A DNA stretch of 64,000 nucleotides, from assembly GCF_009834535.1 (NCBI RefSeq), contig NC_045702.1:59520001-59584000 (forward strand), in the 5' to 3' direction. A model generated the notes under the pieces. It had not been told where the DNA came from. It searched no databases and saw only the letters and a program-made list of their open reading frames with translations. Of this stretch, positions 36,601 to 49,563 are shown piece after piece (positions within the stretch are counted from its first letter, which is position 1; the number at the start of each line of letters is the position of its first letter). Both the position numbers and the translations under genes were made by a program. Source of the DNA: Camelus ferus. Lineage: Eukaryota.

Positions 36601-37099
36601 CTTTCCTTTAGTAGTTTCTGGTTCGTTCACCAAGTACTTGTGTGGGCAGCCCGGAGAGACACCACTGGCAAGAAGTTGGATGCGGGCAAAGAGAGGGGTC
36701 ATACCCTTCCCCTTCCCTGGAGCAGTGTGTCCTGTGCCCCCCCTTTATGTTCGGGTCGTCATTCCTTTCTTGCTCCAGCGTTGCCATAGCTCCAAGCTGG
36801 TGTTCCCTTTGGTCTCTTCCCAGCACCTTCCTCTCCGTTCTGCCCAGAACTGTCAAAGGAAGCTTCTAACATTGGCTCTTGTGGCCATGTTAAGAGCAGT
36901 CCTGTGTTCACAGGTATAGCACTTCACAGCTTTTAAAAAGTGTATTCAAGTGTGTTATTGATACCAACTGTATGCCGGCTTCTGTACTAAGTTCTGAGCT
37001 TCCTGAAATGAGTAAGCTGTTGGACTTGTTTTCAGGAACTCATAGTCTCTGGAGGTTAACTAGATAATATGCAGACCCAGGCTTCATTATTTGATCTTT

Positions 37100-37470
37100 A
37101 CAATCATCTACAAGGTAGCAGGGAAGGTGTTGTAACCTCATTTCACAAAGAAACTGAAGGCTTAGAAAGTTTATACAAATAACCATAACAGCAGCTTACA
37201 TTTAATTTAACACTTACCAAAGCCAGGTGGTGTTCTAGGCACTCTCTACATGAAGTAATTTAATCTTCACAACGATCCTGTGACATGTAAGTGTTGTTAT
37301 TGTTTCCATCATATGGATGGGAAAACACATCTGTACAGAGTGGTTAGGTCTCTTGAGGCACAGAGAGGTTAAGTGACTTGCCCAAGGTCACACAGCTTAC
37401 AAGCAGCAGGGCTGTGATTTGAACACAGGCAGCCTGGCTGCAGAGTCCACGCACATGCCCACTGTACTGC
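37100..37470 (-). mobile_element. MIR SINEs
   Basis: gaggcacagagaggttaagtgacttgcccaaggtcacacagct. Confidence 0.85.
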
Positions 37471-38539
37471 ATTGCCCTCTTTAATTTACCTTGCTGCACG
37501 GTATGGCTTCATGTTGCCTACAGGATACAGTTCAATCTTCTTAGCCCGTTTATGCCTCCTTGGTCTCGGCTCTTGTCTAACTTTTCTAGTATTACCTCAC
37601 GCTCTTTCTCATCTCATATCCTCCACAGTGGTTTGTAAGTGGGACATATCCAACCGCTGTTCACATTCCTTGCCATAGAGCCATGGCAACAGTGTAGCAG
37701 GAAGAAAAGGGAGCCTGTTTGTTTAATTTAGAGCTCAGTCAGAGACAGGAATGTTTCTTGTCATTCCTCTATATTGGTGGGCAGATTTTGTTTGTTTTTT
37801 TAGTTCTCTCCTTCAGTTTTAGGGAAAGGGATGTTAATTTTATCTCCTCATTCCTTGAAGCATCTATAAAGATGTTAAAATCCATGTCCTGAGTTTATAG
37901 TTTTTAGGGTTGGTTGGTTCTATTCAGGATTCACAGTCCACACATGGCATTTGGTTGATGTGTCTTTTAACTGCTGTGAATCTCTAGGTTTGACTGCCCG
38001 TCTTTTTTTTTTTGTGTTTCCTTGCAGTTTATTTGATGAGCGAATTGGGTCATCTTTCCTGTAGTTTCCCACAATTTGAATTCTGCTGATTGCACCCCTT
38101 GGTATTCTTCTGTCCCCAGTGTTGCCTCACAATTGATAGTTAGATCTGGAAGCTTGATCAAGTTTAAGGTTTTATTTATTTTTATTCTTTGGTTTTGGCT
38201 AGAATGCTTCCTAGGTGGTTGCGGACTGCCTCTCTCAGGTTCCTGGGTACTCACATCAGGAGGCACATAATTCCCGGTTGTTTCCTATGTTGTTATGTTT
38301 GGTGAGTGGGTTTGGATGTTGCCTTCCTGGTCAACAGCTGTTTGCATAACGGTTTGTTTTAGTTGGCTAAGTTTTAATATTCACAATTGTTCTTTCTGTT
38401 GCATTGTGATTTTCATTCTTTAAACACACACACGTGTGCCTGTGTTCGCATACATATATACATGTATATACACATTTATGGTACAATGAGTGTATTACAA
38501 CTGCAAAAAATAATGGCTGTTAAAATCAGTTGGATATTA

Positions 38540-38690
38540 ATTAATAGGTTCAGAGTTTGTGTTTGGGATGATGAAATGGGTAGTGCTAATGGCTGTACAA
38601 CACTGTGAATGTGCTCAGTGCCACTGAATTGTGCACTTAAAATGGTTAAAATGTTAAATTTTACATTTGTTTTACCACAGTAAAAACGAA
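38540..38690 (+). mobile_element. L1MB-like 3' end
   Basis: tgtacaacactgtgaatgtgctcagtgccactgaattgtgcacttaaaatggttaa. Confidence 0.8.
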
Positions 38691-39389
38691 TCAATTGAAA
38701 ATAGATTGTAACATACAGAATTTAAAAAGTCCTTTGTTCCATGACTATTATTACTCTCTCCCAAAAGAGTAAAAGTGAAATGGAGGTGGGGAGGTAAATC
38801 TCTTGTTTACTGAAAAATGCCAGCTAATAAAATAGAAGGTATGATACAATTAGAAAAAGAGAAAAGATTACTTGGCAACTTGCAGGTAATAATTGATTCA
38901 GGCAAGTGTCCTCAGTGGATGCTAAAACCCTTCTGTAAGAGATGATTGGAATTCCCGTTGTCTCACAGTATCTCCCTATCAATTACTCGCTGACTACAGA
39001 AGGGAAAAGGTACTGTTAGAACGAAGGACTAGCCTCAATCTGTGATCCAGTTTAACATCACCAGGAAGTGGGAGAAGCTGGCGTGGCGCACCCGCTGGTG
39101 TGATGTGATGGGATGTATACATGACCTCTGGGCAATTCTTCCCGAACTGTTGAATTTGAATCTTAATTATGAGGAAGCAATCAGGGGCATCCAGAAAGTA
39201 GGACACTCTGTCAGACCTCTGGTCCGACTTTGAGAAAGTCAGTGTTACTCATGTGTGAAAAGGCTGGGTGAAAGAAGGCTCCCAAAGAGGTAGAACCAAG
39301 TGCAGTGCTTGAACCTGGGTCCTAAATAAATAAATAAAAGGACGGCCCAGTTAGAGCAACTTGAATAAGGCATTTATATTAAGTGATGC

Positions 39390-39773
39390 TGTGTTAGCTG
39401 GCTCGGACTGCCGTAACAAAGCACCGCAGACTGAGCGGTGTCAACAACAGACATTTATTTTCTCGCAGCTCTGGAGGCTGGAAGTCCAAGAGCAAGGTGT
39501 TGACGGGGTTGGCTTCTTACGAGGCCTCGCTCCTTGGCTGATAGATGGCTTCTGTTATCCTTATGTCTTGGCGTGGCCTTCCCGCTGTGTCTCTGTCCTA
39601 ATTTCCTCTTCTTATAGGGACACTAGTCTTCATGAGTAAGCGTCCACCTTAATCACATCATTTTACTGTAATTACCACTTTATTCTATCTACAAATACAG
39701 GCATATTCTGAGATACTGGGGTTTCGGGCTTCAGCATATGAATTTGGGAGGGTCCCCAGTTCAGCCCATAACA
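39390..39773 (-). mobile_element. MLT1A0-like solo LTR
   Basis: tgtgttagctggctcggactgccgtaacaaa...ctggaggctggaagtccaag...ttcagcccataaca. Confidence 0.9.
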
Positions 39774-42700
39774 GATAGTGAATCATTTTTGAATTGTCTG
39801 GTGTGAGAGAGTGATACTGAGGTTCTTAAGGAAAACAGTCCTTTGTTTCTTATTTTTTATGCTTCCTACTAGATTTTAAACTCCTGAGGACAGGGACCTC
39901 CTGTAGACAACAGATGTCCCACAGAATACCTGTGACGTAACGTTCAGACAGCGTTCGCTGAATCGTTCATTTACTTGACTGCCACCCACGGCGGAGTGAA
40001 CGGGGGAAGGAGGTTTTCTGCTGCATGTGTGTGGTTTGTTGGAAGCTTTTATCTTTTCCTAATAAACCATTTTCACAATCCCCTCCACCACTCACCAAAA
40101 TGAAAAATAATAATTGGGAAATAATAGGGAAGGTGTGCTTGAGTAATCTCCAGGAGGGCACACAGTGGAGAATCATGGCTGTGGAATAAACTTCCATGGC
40201 GACCAGAGAGGCTGCTTCAAAAGGATGCTCCTGGAGAAACGTGCTCCCTTTTGACTAAGAAGGTCTGGCTGCATCATCGGGAAGCATTCCCAGCACGTCC
40301 AAACGGGATGTCTGTTGCTGCTGTTTCAGACTAGCTGGTCCCAAGAGCATCCTGGCTCCTCCAGGTGGCTTGAAAGGAAAGGCTGGTGACCTATCAGGCC
40401 TCGTCTCTGACTCTGCCCGGCCTGCAGGGAAGGGCTTCCATGCCTTGTAAGCCTGGGCACACTTACTTTATCACAGTCACCTCTGCATTTGAGGCTTCTA
40501 CTTCCTTCCCCCTGTGAACTGTGCCAGAAGTAAAAGCTCAGCCCCTGGTTCTCTTCCTTTGGTGTTTCTGGGAGATTCTGTTACCCTGCTTTTGGTGTCC
40601 ACCAGCAGTTTGAGAAGAGCCTGGTCTTGACCTTTGCCCAGTTTTCCATTAGATTGTTTACCTTTTCACATTGATTTGTTCTAAGAGCCCTTTTAAATTA
40701 AGAACCTTGGCCCTTTGTCCTGTGACACATTATTTATTTATTTGTTGCCGTTGTTTAATGTTTAGCTGGTTCATGCACACTTCTGATTTTTAAAAAAATT
40801 TTCATGTTACATGTTTATTAATCTTCGCCTGGATGCCTTCTGTGTTATGTGCATCCTGGGTTGTCTGTCATATTTAAACCTGGCTTCCCCACTAAGTATT
40901 ACGTGAGAAACTATTCCCATCTGATGTCAGATGAAAGGTAGGGAACCGGTTTAGTTTTTGTTGTTCAATCGCAGGAGGTCATGAACCTTCACTAGTGCCG
41001 CATCATCGGCTGGCAGGACCCGCTGCCAGCCCAGTCCAGCTTCTCTGCTGGTTCAGATTCTTAGGAGGAAATCTGATTAGTTCAGAAAGCCAAGAGAGCC
41101 TTCCGTTAGGGCTCAGCTGTCTGCTGATGTCTCAGTCAGCTGGGCCGCTGTGAATATGGAGAGGATGCCAGTAACCCGGGAGCAAGGCGCTGCTAGGTGC
41201 TGTCCCAGGTTGTGCTACTTTCGTTCAGTTCTTATTCTTTCTAACTGTCTAACGGATGAGAAAACAGGAAGTCATGTTGCTGATTAGCAATAGAGTCAGA
41301 ATGTAAACATCCAGTTGCAAAGCCCATAAAATAGGTGCAAATAGTATTCTATGAAGGAAATCTGGTTGCAGAATCTGGAAAATCTTCCGGGAGAAATTAG
41401 CATCTGACTTTACTCCTTGAAAACATAACAGCATTTTAAAAACTTCTCCTTATGGAAATTTTCCATAGAAAATTAGAAGAGTGTAACAAACACCCATGTC
41501 CCTTCCTGGCTAGTTTCAGTAATTATGAATTTATAGCCAATCTTGCTTAATGTATACTGCACCCTCTCTTGTCCTCCCTTCCCCCCAATTTTTTCAAGGC
41601 AAATCCTGCAAATTGGATCATTATATCTCTATAACAGATTTTTAAGATGCACAAGCAAAATATTGTCATGATGTCTACAAAAATTTCAGTGGTTCTTCAA
41701 TATAATCAAATATCTATTCTGTACACATTTTGCACATTCCTCTTATTGCCCTATGATTTTTAAAATAGTTTTTTGAGTTGTCATCTAAATAAGGTCCAGG
41801 CATTGCAATGGGTTGATGTGTCTTAATTTTCTTTTAATCTCTAGGTTCTCTTGGTTTCTTAATCTTGTGTCTGTCTCTTTCTCTCTGAAAGCCAGTATAA
41901 CCTAATGATTGAAATCATGGACTGTGTTCAAATTATGGCTCTGGGCAAGTTGCTCTATCTCTCATCTATAAAAGGGTCATGGTTGTTTTTACTTCCTGGG
42001 CTATTTGGAGGGCCAGTGTGCTAATGTTTGTAAAGCTTGGAGCTGGGCCTGGGATACAGTAAGCTTTAAAGAAGTGTGAGCATCTGGGTGAGTTTGGAAC
42101 CAGAGAAATTGCTCAAAGTCGTGTTTAAAGTCTGAGGGCTTTGGGGATGGAGGCAGGGGAGGGCTCACTCCAGTGAAATTGTGCACAGTCTTTGGGATGA
42201 GGATCCTAACTGTGCAGAGGGCTCCTGTTCTTTTTCTTTTAACTTCTTTCTGGGCTCTTGACTGTTCCTCAATTATATGATGTTGATGTGCAGCAGGTAA
42301 GGTATTATTTAGTGAAGGCAACTTTCTATTGTCCTTTGATTTGCTGCTTTCTCTTCCTCTGCATTTATTAAGTTACTATTCTCTCTCAGAAGCCATTTTA
42401 ACTTTCTGTGGCATTATCTGGGCTCCAGCAACTTGTGATCGCCTAAGTAGAACCTTTCAGCACTTTATAAATATGTCATATACTTTTTATATTCCTTTGT
42501 TCCCCATCAGGAACACACATCCCNNNNNNNNNNNNNNNNNNNNNNNNNNNNNNNNNNNNNNNNNNNNNNNNNNNNNNNNNNNNNNNNNNNNNNNNNNNNN
42601 NNNNNNNNNNNNNNNNNNNNNNNNNNNNNNNNNNNNNNNNNNNNNNNNNNNNNNNNNNNNNNNNNNNNNNNAACTGAGACTGAGTTCAGCATATAATACT

Positions 42701-42889
42701 GAGAAGAATATTCTGCATTAGGCAAGTCTGCCTTCCACTGAACTACAGGTATTTATGTACCATAATGCCAAGTCCAAAAGACTTTATTTCAGATTGCTTT
42801 CAGCTATGGTGGTGTCCCCTAGCACCATTCAAAGGATGGTGTAAAGTCCCCATCTTTGTTTGCCAACTTATTGGCATATCCTGCAGGTA

Positions 42890-43150
42890 TTATAATTAGT
42901 GTGAAGACGATCTGGACTCTGGGGTTATTTTTGGCTCTGTGATTTACTACGACTCGTTTAAGACTCGGTATCTTAGACGCCGCAGCTTCCTCATCGGGAG
43001 AATGGGGATATTAAAGACCCTTCACCTCAGATAGTTTTAGTGATGTTTAAATGAGATCAGGCATAAAGCCTTTAGTACCAACATAAAACCTTTAGCCTAG
43101 CATAGAATTAAGGCCCCAGTGAAAGTAGGCTGGGCAGTGTTAATTGCTGT
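42890..43150 (+). mobile_element. MIR SINE
   Basis: gcagcttcctcatcgggagaatggggatatta...tttaaatgagat. Confidence 0.7.
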
Positions 43151-43420
43151 AATCAATAATAAAGGACTCCAGCCCTAAAACTACCTCTGCCACGCCTGAC
43201 TCCAGCAGAGTTAGTTCTGCCACCACTCTAACTTACGATACTGCTCATCATCACACACTTTGTACCAACCCCTTGCTGGTAAGCCTGTCATTCCCCTCAC
43301 CCCCTCCCGTGGGGCAGTTTCTCTGGTGATTTGGCGTTGTTCCCTCAGCGCCTGGCGCAGGGCCCGGCTCAGGCTTCCGATAGGCGTTGCGTGAGTGAGC
43401 AAGTGTAACAGCATCTAAGG

Positions 43421-43643
43421 CAGTGGTTCTCAGCCAGGGGCGGAGTAGTTCTGCCCCCAGGGGATATGGGGCAGTGTCTGTAGACATTGTTGGTTGTCCC
43501 ATCTGGGAGAAGGGGTTGCTCCTGGCATCTAATAATTAGAGGCCAGGGGTGTTGCTAAACATCCTACAAGGCACCAGACAGCCCTCTTGGACAAAGAATT
43601 ATCTGACCCAAAACATCAGTAGGGGCAAAGTTAAGAAACCCTA
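43421..43643. mobile_element. MER20 hAT MITE with degenerate 8-bp TSD
   Basis: cagtggttctcagcc...aagaaacccta; flanks atctaagg and gcctaagg. Confidence 0.9.
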
Positions 43644-43854
43644 GCCTAAGGCAACTTGACTGCCTTAGGTTTTGGCCTGTGGGAAAGGTGTAGGGCTTGG
43701 GGCAGATTAACCTGCTTGACCGCCAGGTTTCTTAACTATACCGGGAATCGAATCCAGCCTACTAAAGGATTCTCTGAAAAGAAAGGGAGATTATACAGGT
43801 GTGTGCCTGCCTGATCAGATTCGTCTCGATGGTCCTGGCTATCCAGGACCTTTT

Positions 43855-46800
43855 AATTTTTAAAAAATAGACTTTATTATTATTTTTTGAGTGGTTTGAG
43901 GTTTATAGCAAAATTGAAGGAAAGGTTCAGAGATTTCCCATAAACTACCCGCCCCTACACAGATGCATAACCTCCACCGTTACCATCATCCCCATCACAG
44001 TGGTACGTTTGTTACCGTTGATTAGCTTACATGGACATAATTACCCTGAAGTACCCCAGGTCATAATTACCCAAAGTCCATGGTTTACATTAAAGTTGAC
44101 TGTTGGCATTGATCATTCTATGAATTTTATAGTGATGTGTGTCTGTCATTACAGTATCATATAGAGTCTTTTCACTGCTCTAAAAATCCTCTGTGCCCTG
44201 CCTGTTTTCCTCTCATANNNNNNNNNNNNNNNNNNNNNNNNNNNNNNNNNNNNNNNNNNNNNNNNNNNNNNNNNNNNNNNNNNNNNNNNNNNNNNNNNNN
44301 NNNNNNNNNNNNNNNNNNNNNNNNNNNNNNNNNNNNNNNNNNNNNNNNNNNNNNNNNNNNNNNNNNNNNNNNNNNNNNNNNNNNNNNNNNNNNNNNNNNN
44401 NNNNNNNNNNNNNNNNNNNNNNNNNNNNNNNNNNNNNNNNNNNNNNNNNNNNNNNNNNNNNNNNNNNNNNNNNNNNNNNNNNNGAGCTGCTGTAAACATC
44501 CATCCATCCTGGTTTTTGTGTGGACGTAGTTTTCAACCCCTTTGGGTAAACACTGAGGGGCATGAATGTGGATCGTATGGTAAAAGTATGTTTAGTTTTG
44601 TAAGAAACCTCCAATCAGTCTTCCAAAGTGGCTCTACCACTTTGCGTTTCCCTCAGCAAACAATGAGANNNNNNNNNNNNNNNNNNNNNNNNNNNNNNNN
44701 NNNNNNNNNNNNNNNNNNNNNNNNNNNNNNNNNNNNNNNNNNNNNNNNNNNNNNNNNNNNNNNNNNNNNNNNNNNNNNNNNNNNNNNNNNNNNNNNNNNN
44801 NNNNNNNNNNNNNNNNNNNNNNNNNNNNNGTGTCTGATGTCTTTGGCCCATATTTTAATCTTAATTGGGCAGGTTGTTTTCTTACTTTTGAGTTCTTTGT
44901 GTTTTTTGGATAAGTCTTTTATTGGCTCTTCTTTTGCAAATACTTTATCCCAGTGTTTGGCTTATCTTTACATTCTCTTGATGATGTCTTTCCCAGAGCA
45001 GAAATTTCTGTTTTAATGATGTCCAGCTAGATCATGGCTTTGGTGTTATATCTAAAAAATGATCACCAAACCACAAGGCCATCTAAGTTTTCTCCTATGT
45101 TAGAAGAGTTTTCCATTTAGGTCTGTGATCCATTTTGAGCTAATTTTTGTTAACAGTGTAAGGTCTGTGTCTAGAATCATTTTTTGCATGTAAATGTACC
45201 ATTTCAGCACCATTTGTCAAAGAGACTGTCTTTGAATCGTTGTCAAAGATCAGTTGGCTATATTTATGTAGGTCTATTTCTAGGCTTTGTATTGTGTTAG
45301 ATTGAGGATTATTATATCTTCTTGGAGAATTGACCCCCTTGTCATTATATATTGCCCCTCTTTATCCCTGATACCTTTCCTTGCTTTAACATGGGTTATG
45401 TCTGAAATTAATATAGCTACTCTGTTTTCTTTTGATTGGTGTTGAGCACAGTATATCTTTCTCCATTCACTTACTTTTAATCTGTATGTGTCTGTATATT
45501 TAAAGTGGGTTTTTTGTAGATAGTCTTATTTTTTAATGCATTCTGACNNNNNNNNNNNNNNNNNNNNNNNNNNNNNNNNNNNNNNNNNNNNNNNNNNNNN
45601 NNNNNNNNNNNNNNNNNNNNNNNNNNNNNNNNNNNNNNNNNNNNNNNNNNNNNNNNNNNNNNNNNNNNNNNNNNNNNNAATTACTGTTATTTCAAATATT
45701 CCTTCTGGTCCTTTCTTCTCCTTCTGGGATTCCCATTACATTTATATTACATCTTTTGTAGTTGTCCCACAGTCTTGGATATTCTGTTCTGGCTTTTTTT
45801 TTTTTTTTTTTCCAGTCTTTTTTTTTTTTTCCTTTTTGCTTTTCAGTTTTGAAAATTTCTACTGAATTATCAAGCTCAGAGATTTTCTCCTCAGTTGCTT
45901 CAAGTCTGCTAATAAGCCTGTCAAAGGCATTCTTCGTTACTGTTACAGTGTTTTTGATCTCTAGCATTTCTTTTTAGTTCTTTCTTAAATTTTCCTTTTT
46001 TCTGCTTACATTGCAGATCTGTTCTTGCACCTTATCCATCAGAGCCCTTAGCATATTAATCATGGTTGTTTTAAATTCCTAGCCTGATAATCTCAACACT
46101 CCTGCCATATTTGAGTCTGGTTTTGATGCTTGCTCTGTCTCTTCAAATTGTGTTCTGTTTTGTTTGCCTTTTAGTATTCTTTGTAGTTTTTTTCTTGATA
46201 GCCAGGATAGGCTATGATCATAATGTACTGGATAGAAGGAACTGCTGTGAACAGTCCTTTGGTAATGTGGTATGGTGTAGAGCATGAGGAAGTGTTCTGT
46301 AGTCCTATGTCAAGGTCTCAGTCCATAGAGAGCCCGGGTCCCTGGGCAGTGTACTTCACAAGTGTTTCTCAATTGTTTCTTCCCCTTAGGTGGGAGAGGT
46401 TGGCTAGAGGTGGCTGGAGCTGGGTGTTTGCCTTCCTTCTGGGCATCTGGCTCTGATCATACCCCAGCAGGTTAGGCTCTTATTAAATAATTTCTCTGGA
46501 AGGCAGACCTTGTTATAAAGAACAGACTGCTCCGATGCATTTCAGCATGGTTCCTTTTCCTCTCCTCCTGCTGGAAGTGCAAGGTGATTTTTCTCTGATA
46601 GTCACTGAGAACCAAGTTGATTTCTAGGAGGTAAAATTCAAAACAGTGTGGGGAGTACCCTATGTCTTGGTTCCCCTAAGGTTTCTTTAAGTTCTTGTCT
46701 TGTCCATATTGAGCCTTCAGCAATTGGTCACACACATTGGTCCCTACAGAGGTTTCAACTAATGGGTTTCAGCTCTTGTGATTCTCTGGTTCTGCCTTTT

Positions 46801-46965
46801 TGTCCCTCCATTTTTGGGTTTGCAGTGGTTTACTTGGTGACCTCACTTTTCTGACTGATCTCAGGAGAGTGGTTGATTTTTCAGTTTTTTAACTTTTCAC
46901 CTTTGGTTAGGACAGAGTGGCAACTTCTAAGCTCCTTACACTGAACTGAAAGCCAGGAGTCACCG
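43855..46965 (-). mobile_element. Old L1 (L1MC/MD-like): 3'UTR, ORF2 pieces, ORF1 and 5' region; internally deleted
   Basis: Antisense 3' end aatagactttatt...; antisense ORF 45692-45967 (LEIKNTVT..KNAFDRLISRLEATEEKISEL) is ORF1p-like; three N-runs inside. Confidence 0.85.
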
Positions 46966-47653
46966 TCATCTCTTGACTACCTTTCCTACAATGGAGAGAA
47001 TCCCTACATTACAAGACCTGCCTGCCAGAATGTGTGAGTCAGAACTCAGTTTCTGTCTTTCTTTGCAGCCAGGGCACAAGCGCATGATCTTGTTCTGCCA
47101 ATTAGATGCTCATGTGTGACTTAGATTTGGAAGAGGCAACACGAGGAAGCAGCTCATGTGTGAAGTTTCCTACCAGGCAGCCCAGGCAGCCTGCTTCTGT
47201 TGTGGGTTCTGAGGTAGATTTCTCAGCAGGTGCTTCTGGGATAGTTTCGGGCATCACTGGTGGAGCCTTAGCTCAAGGTGATTCTCCAGGCTTCCTGACA
47301 AGACTGTGATCATCAGATAGAATTTTAACTGTTTTTCTTCTTAGCCTGTCATCGTTTGTTGTTTATTTCTAAGCTGAGTACATGGTGGTCTTCTATTCAT
47401 ATTTTGGATTAGAAATACCATATTCCTGGGTTCTCAGCTTACATTTTTTAAGAGTAGCTGTTAATCATTACCAACATATATCAATTTAGGATTCACCGAG
47501 CACTTTTTCTTCCTGATTGGTCCTTAAGATAACTTTGTGAACTAGATAATTTTGTCATTTTGCCCCGTTTATAGATGGGGAAACTAAAACTTGGAGATGT
47601 TAACTGACTTGTCCAAGGTCACCTATTTAGCACTACGCTGGGACCCAAATCTT

Positions 47654-47898
47654 TTTTTCTGTTGTTTTTTTCCTTCCCATTTTTAAAAAAATTGAAGTAT
47701 AATTGATTTACAATGTTGTGTTAGTTCCTGGTGTACAGCATAGTGATTCATTATACATATATACATACGGATTCTCGTTCATATTCTTTTCCATTACAAG
47801 TTAGAAGCCATTGAATGTAGTTCCCTGTGCTATACAGTGGAACCTTGTTGTTTATCTGTTCTGTACAAAGTGGTTTGTATCTGCCAATCCCAAACACC
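47654..47898 (-). mobile_element. Short 5'-truncated L1 3' end inserted in a MIR, perfect 14-bp TSD
   Basis: gggacccaaatctt at 47640-47653 and 47899-47912; T-rich tail. Confidence 0.93.
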
Positions 47899-48661
47899 GG
47901 GACCCAAATCTTGACTCGAAACCTGGTGATGTTTGCTTGCGGCAGGATGAGCAAGCATCTCTGTCTCCGTAAGGAGCTGAAAATACAAACAGAAAAATGT
48001 CTATTTCAGAAAAGACTCGCACTGTCTCTTGTCAAACTTTTAGTCTTGGGAACATTTACTGGAATGTTAGCTTTAGCTTAATAACAATAATAATAAAATC
48101 TAAAATTAGAGGGCTCAATGTTATTTTGGCATAACCCACAGCTGAAACACCACCATTCATTTCTTAACTGTTGTACTCTGCTGCTTCATAGAGAATTTTA
48201 ATGGCAGTGGATTTGTCATTGTTTAATGTTTGTCTACAATAGTGCAGTTAAATCTGGCATACTTCACAAGCTGCTGAATGCTTCTGATAAATATCTCCAG
48301 CACCCCTGAAATGACCCACTTGTGTAATTACCCAGTGGGTTAACGTTTGTGGTGTCTGCTACTTTGTAAGTCAGTTGTTGAGTGATAGGAACTTTTGAGG
48401 GTTGACTACATAGAAAGGTTGTGGTTTGAAGAATGCTTAACATGGCATCTTGTCTGTGTGCTCATGTACATTTTGGTAACTTTTTTTTAATAATTACTGC
48501 TCTTCATATATTAGAACTTACAGAAACTGTAAGCTGAGGAATGAATGACTCAGTGAATTTAAAGAAAAATTATTTTTCTTAAATGTGATGAGACACCTCT
48601 TTTTTCCTTCATGGTAACTGTGGTTCTGGGGAATTTCCAACTTTCTTTTACAATTACTGAT

Positions 48662-49200
48662 TGTATCAGTCAAGGTTCACTTGCATAGAGTAGAATCCAC
48701 TGTAGCTGGTTCCAGCAGAGGCAAATTTATTGCAGGATGTTAAATGGCTTACAGAACTTGTTGGGAAGGTGAAGAACAGACATCAAGTGGAGCTCTCAGG
48801 AATGACTTTCAGGGCCTTCCAGCAGAGCAGGCCACCAGGGGAGCATCTGCCTGCCTTTTGTACACTCCTGAAACTGCCTGCCAAATGAGAAGTGTTTTAG
48901 AGCCATGCTGCCACTGGCCTGGGCAAGAGGAAAGTCAGACGCTTCCAACTGCCACAGGACACTCTCCGTGCCGTGGGAACATCAGACACTTCGAAGAATG
49001 ATACTTGCTGACAGAAACAACAGAAGCGCAGCCCCCAACCTCCGAATCTTTGCATTCTCAAAACTTTGCCTTCCAAATCTCAGCTTCATCTGATTGACAG
49101 CACCTAAGCCACACACCTGCAAGGGCGTCTGGGAAATGTAGCTCTAACCTTCCAGTCTCTGCAGGATAGGAAGATCCGTGGGAAGAAGGTTGAGCCCCAG
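48662..49200 (-). mobile_element. Old MaLR LTR (MLT1K/L/N-like)
   Basis: tgtatcagtcaagg...aaatttattgcagg...aagggcgtctgggaaatgtag. Confidence 0.55.
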
Positions 49201-49563
49201 CTTCCAGATTATTGGGTCACAGTAGTGCTTTCCCCTCAAATCCAGGTCCACCTACTGCAGATACTTACTCAGACCGTGCAGGACCATTTCTCCTTTCATT
49301 TGCTTCTCACTACATGCCTACACGTTTGCATGTGCTTACCCACAGACAGTAGCCTGCTTTTGATGAGCTGCTGCTTCTGTTTATTTCATATTTAGAGTAA
49401 ATAATTACTTCATGGCAGAAGAATTTTCAGTGAAAGTCTGTGCTTGTCTTGACTTTCAAACCTTTCAGATTTGGGTGGGTGATGGGGGAAGTATTGCTGA
49501 GTGAAGGCTGTGCTGTGCCATTGGTGAAGTAGCAACTGAGCGTTAGCATCCTGGGTTCTAACC

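Noticed and set aside
36209-36919. Longest ORF in the track (236 aa, + strand)
   Set aside because: Overlaps a decayed L2 and pyrimidine-rich DNA; Leu/Pro/Ser/Cys-rich, with no recognisable domain or splice context.
37921-41850. Similar segments at ~37940-37990 and ~41800-41850
   Set aside because: Explained as two copies of the same old L1 3' region, not a local duplication.
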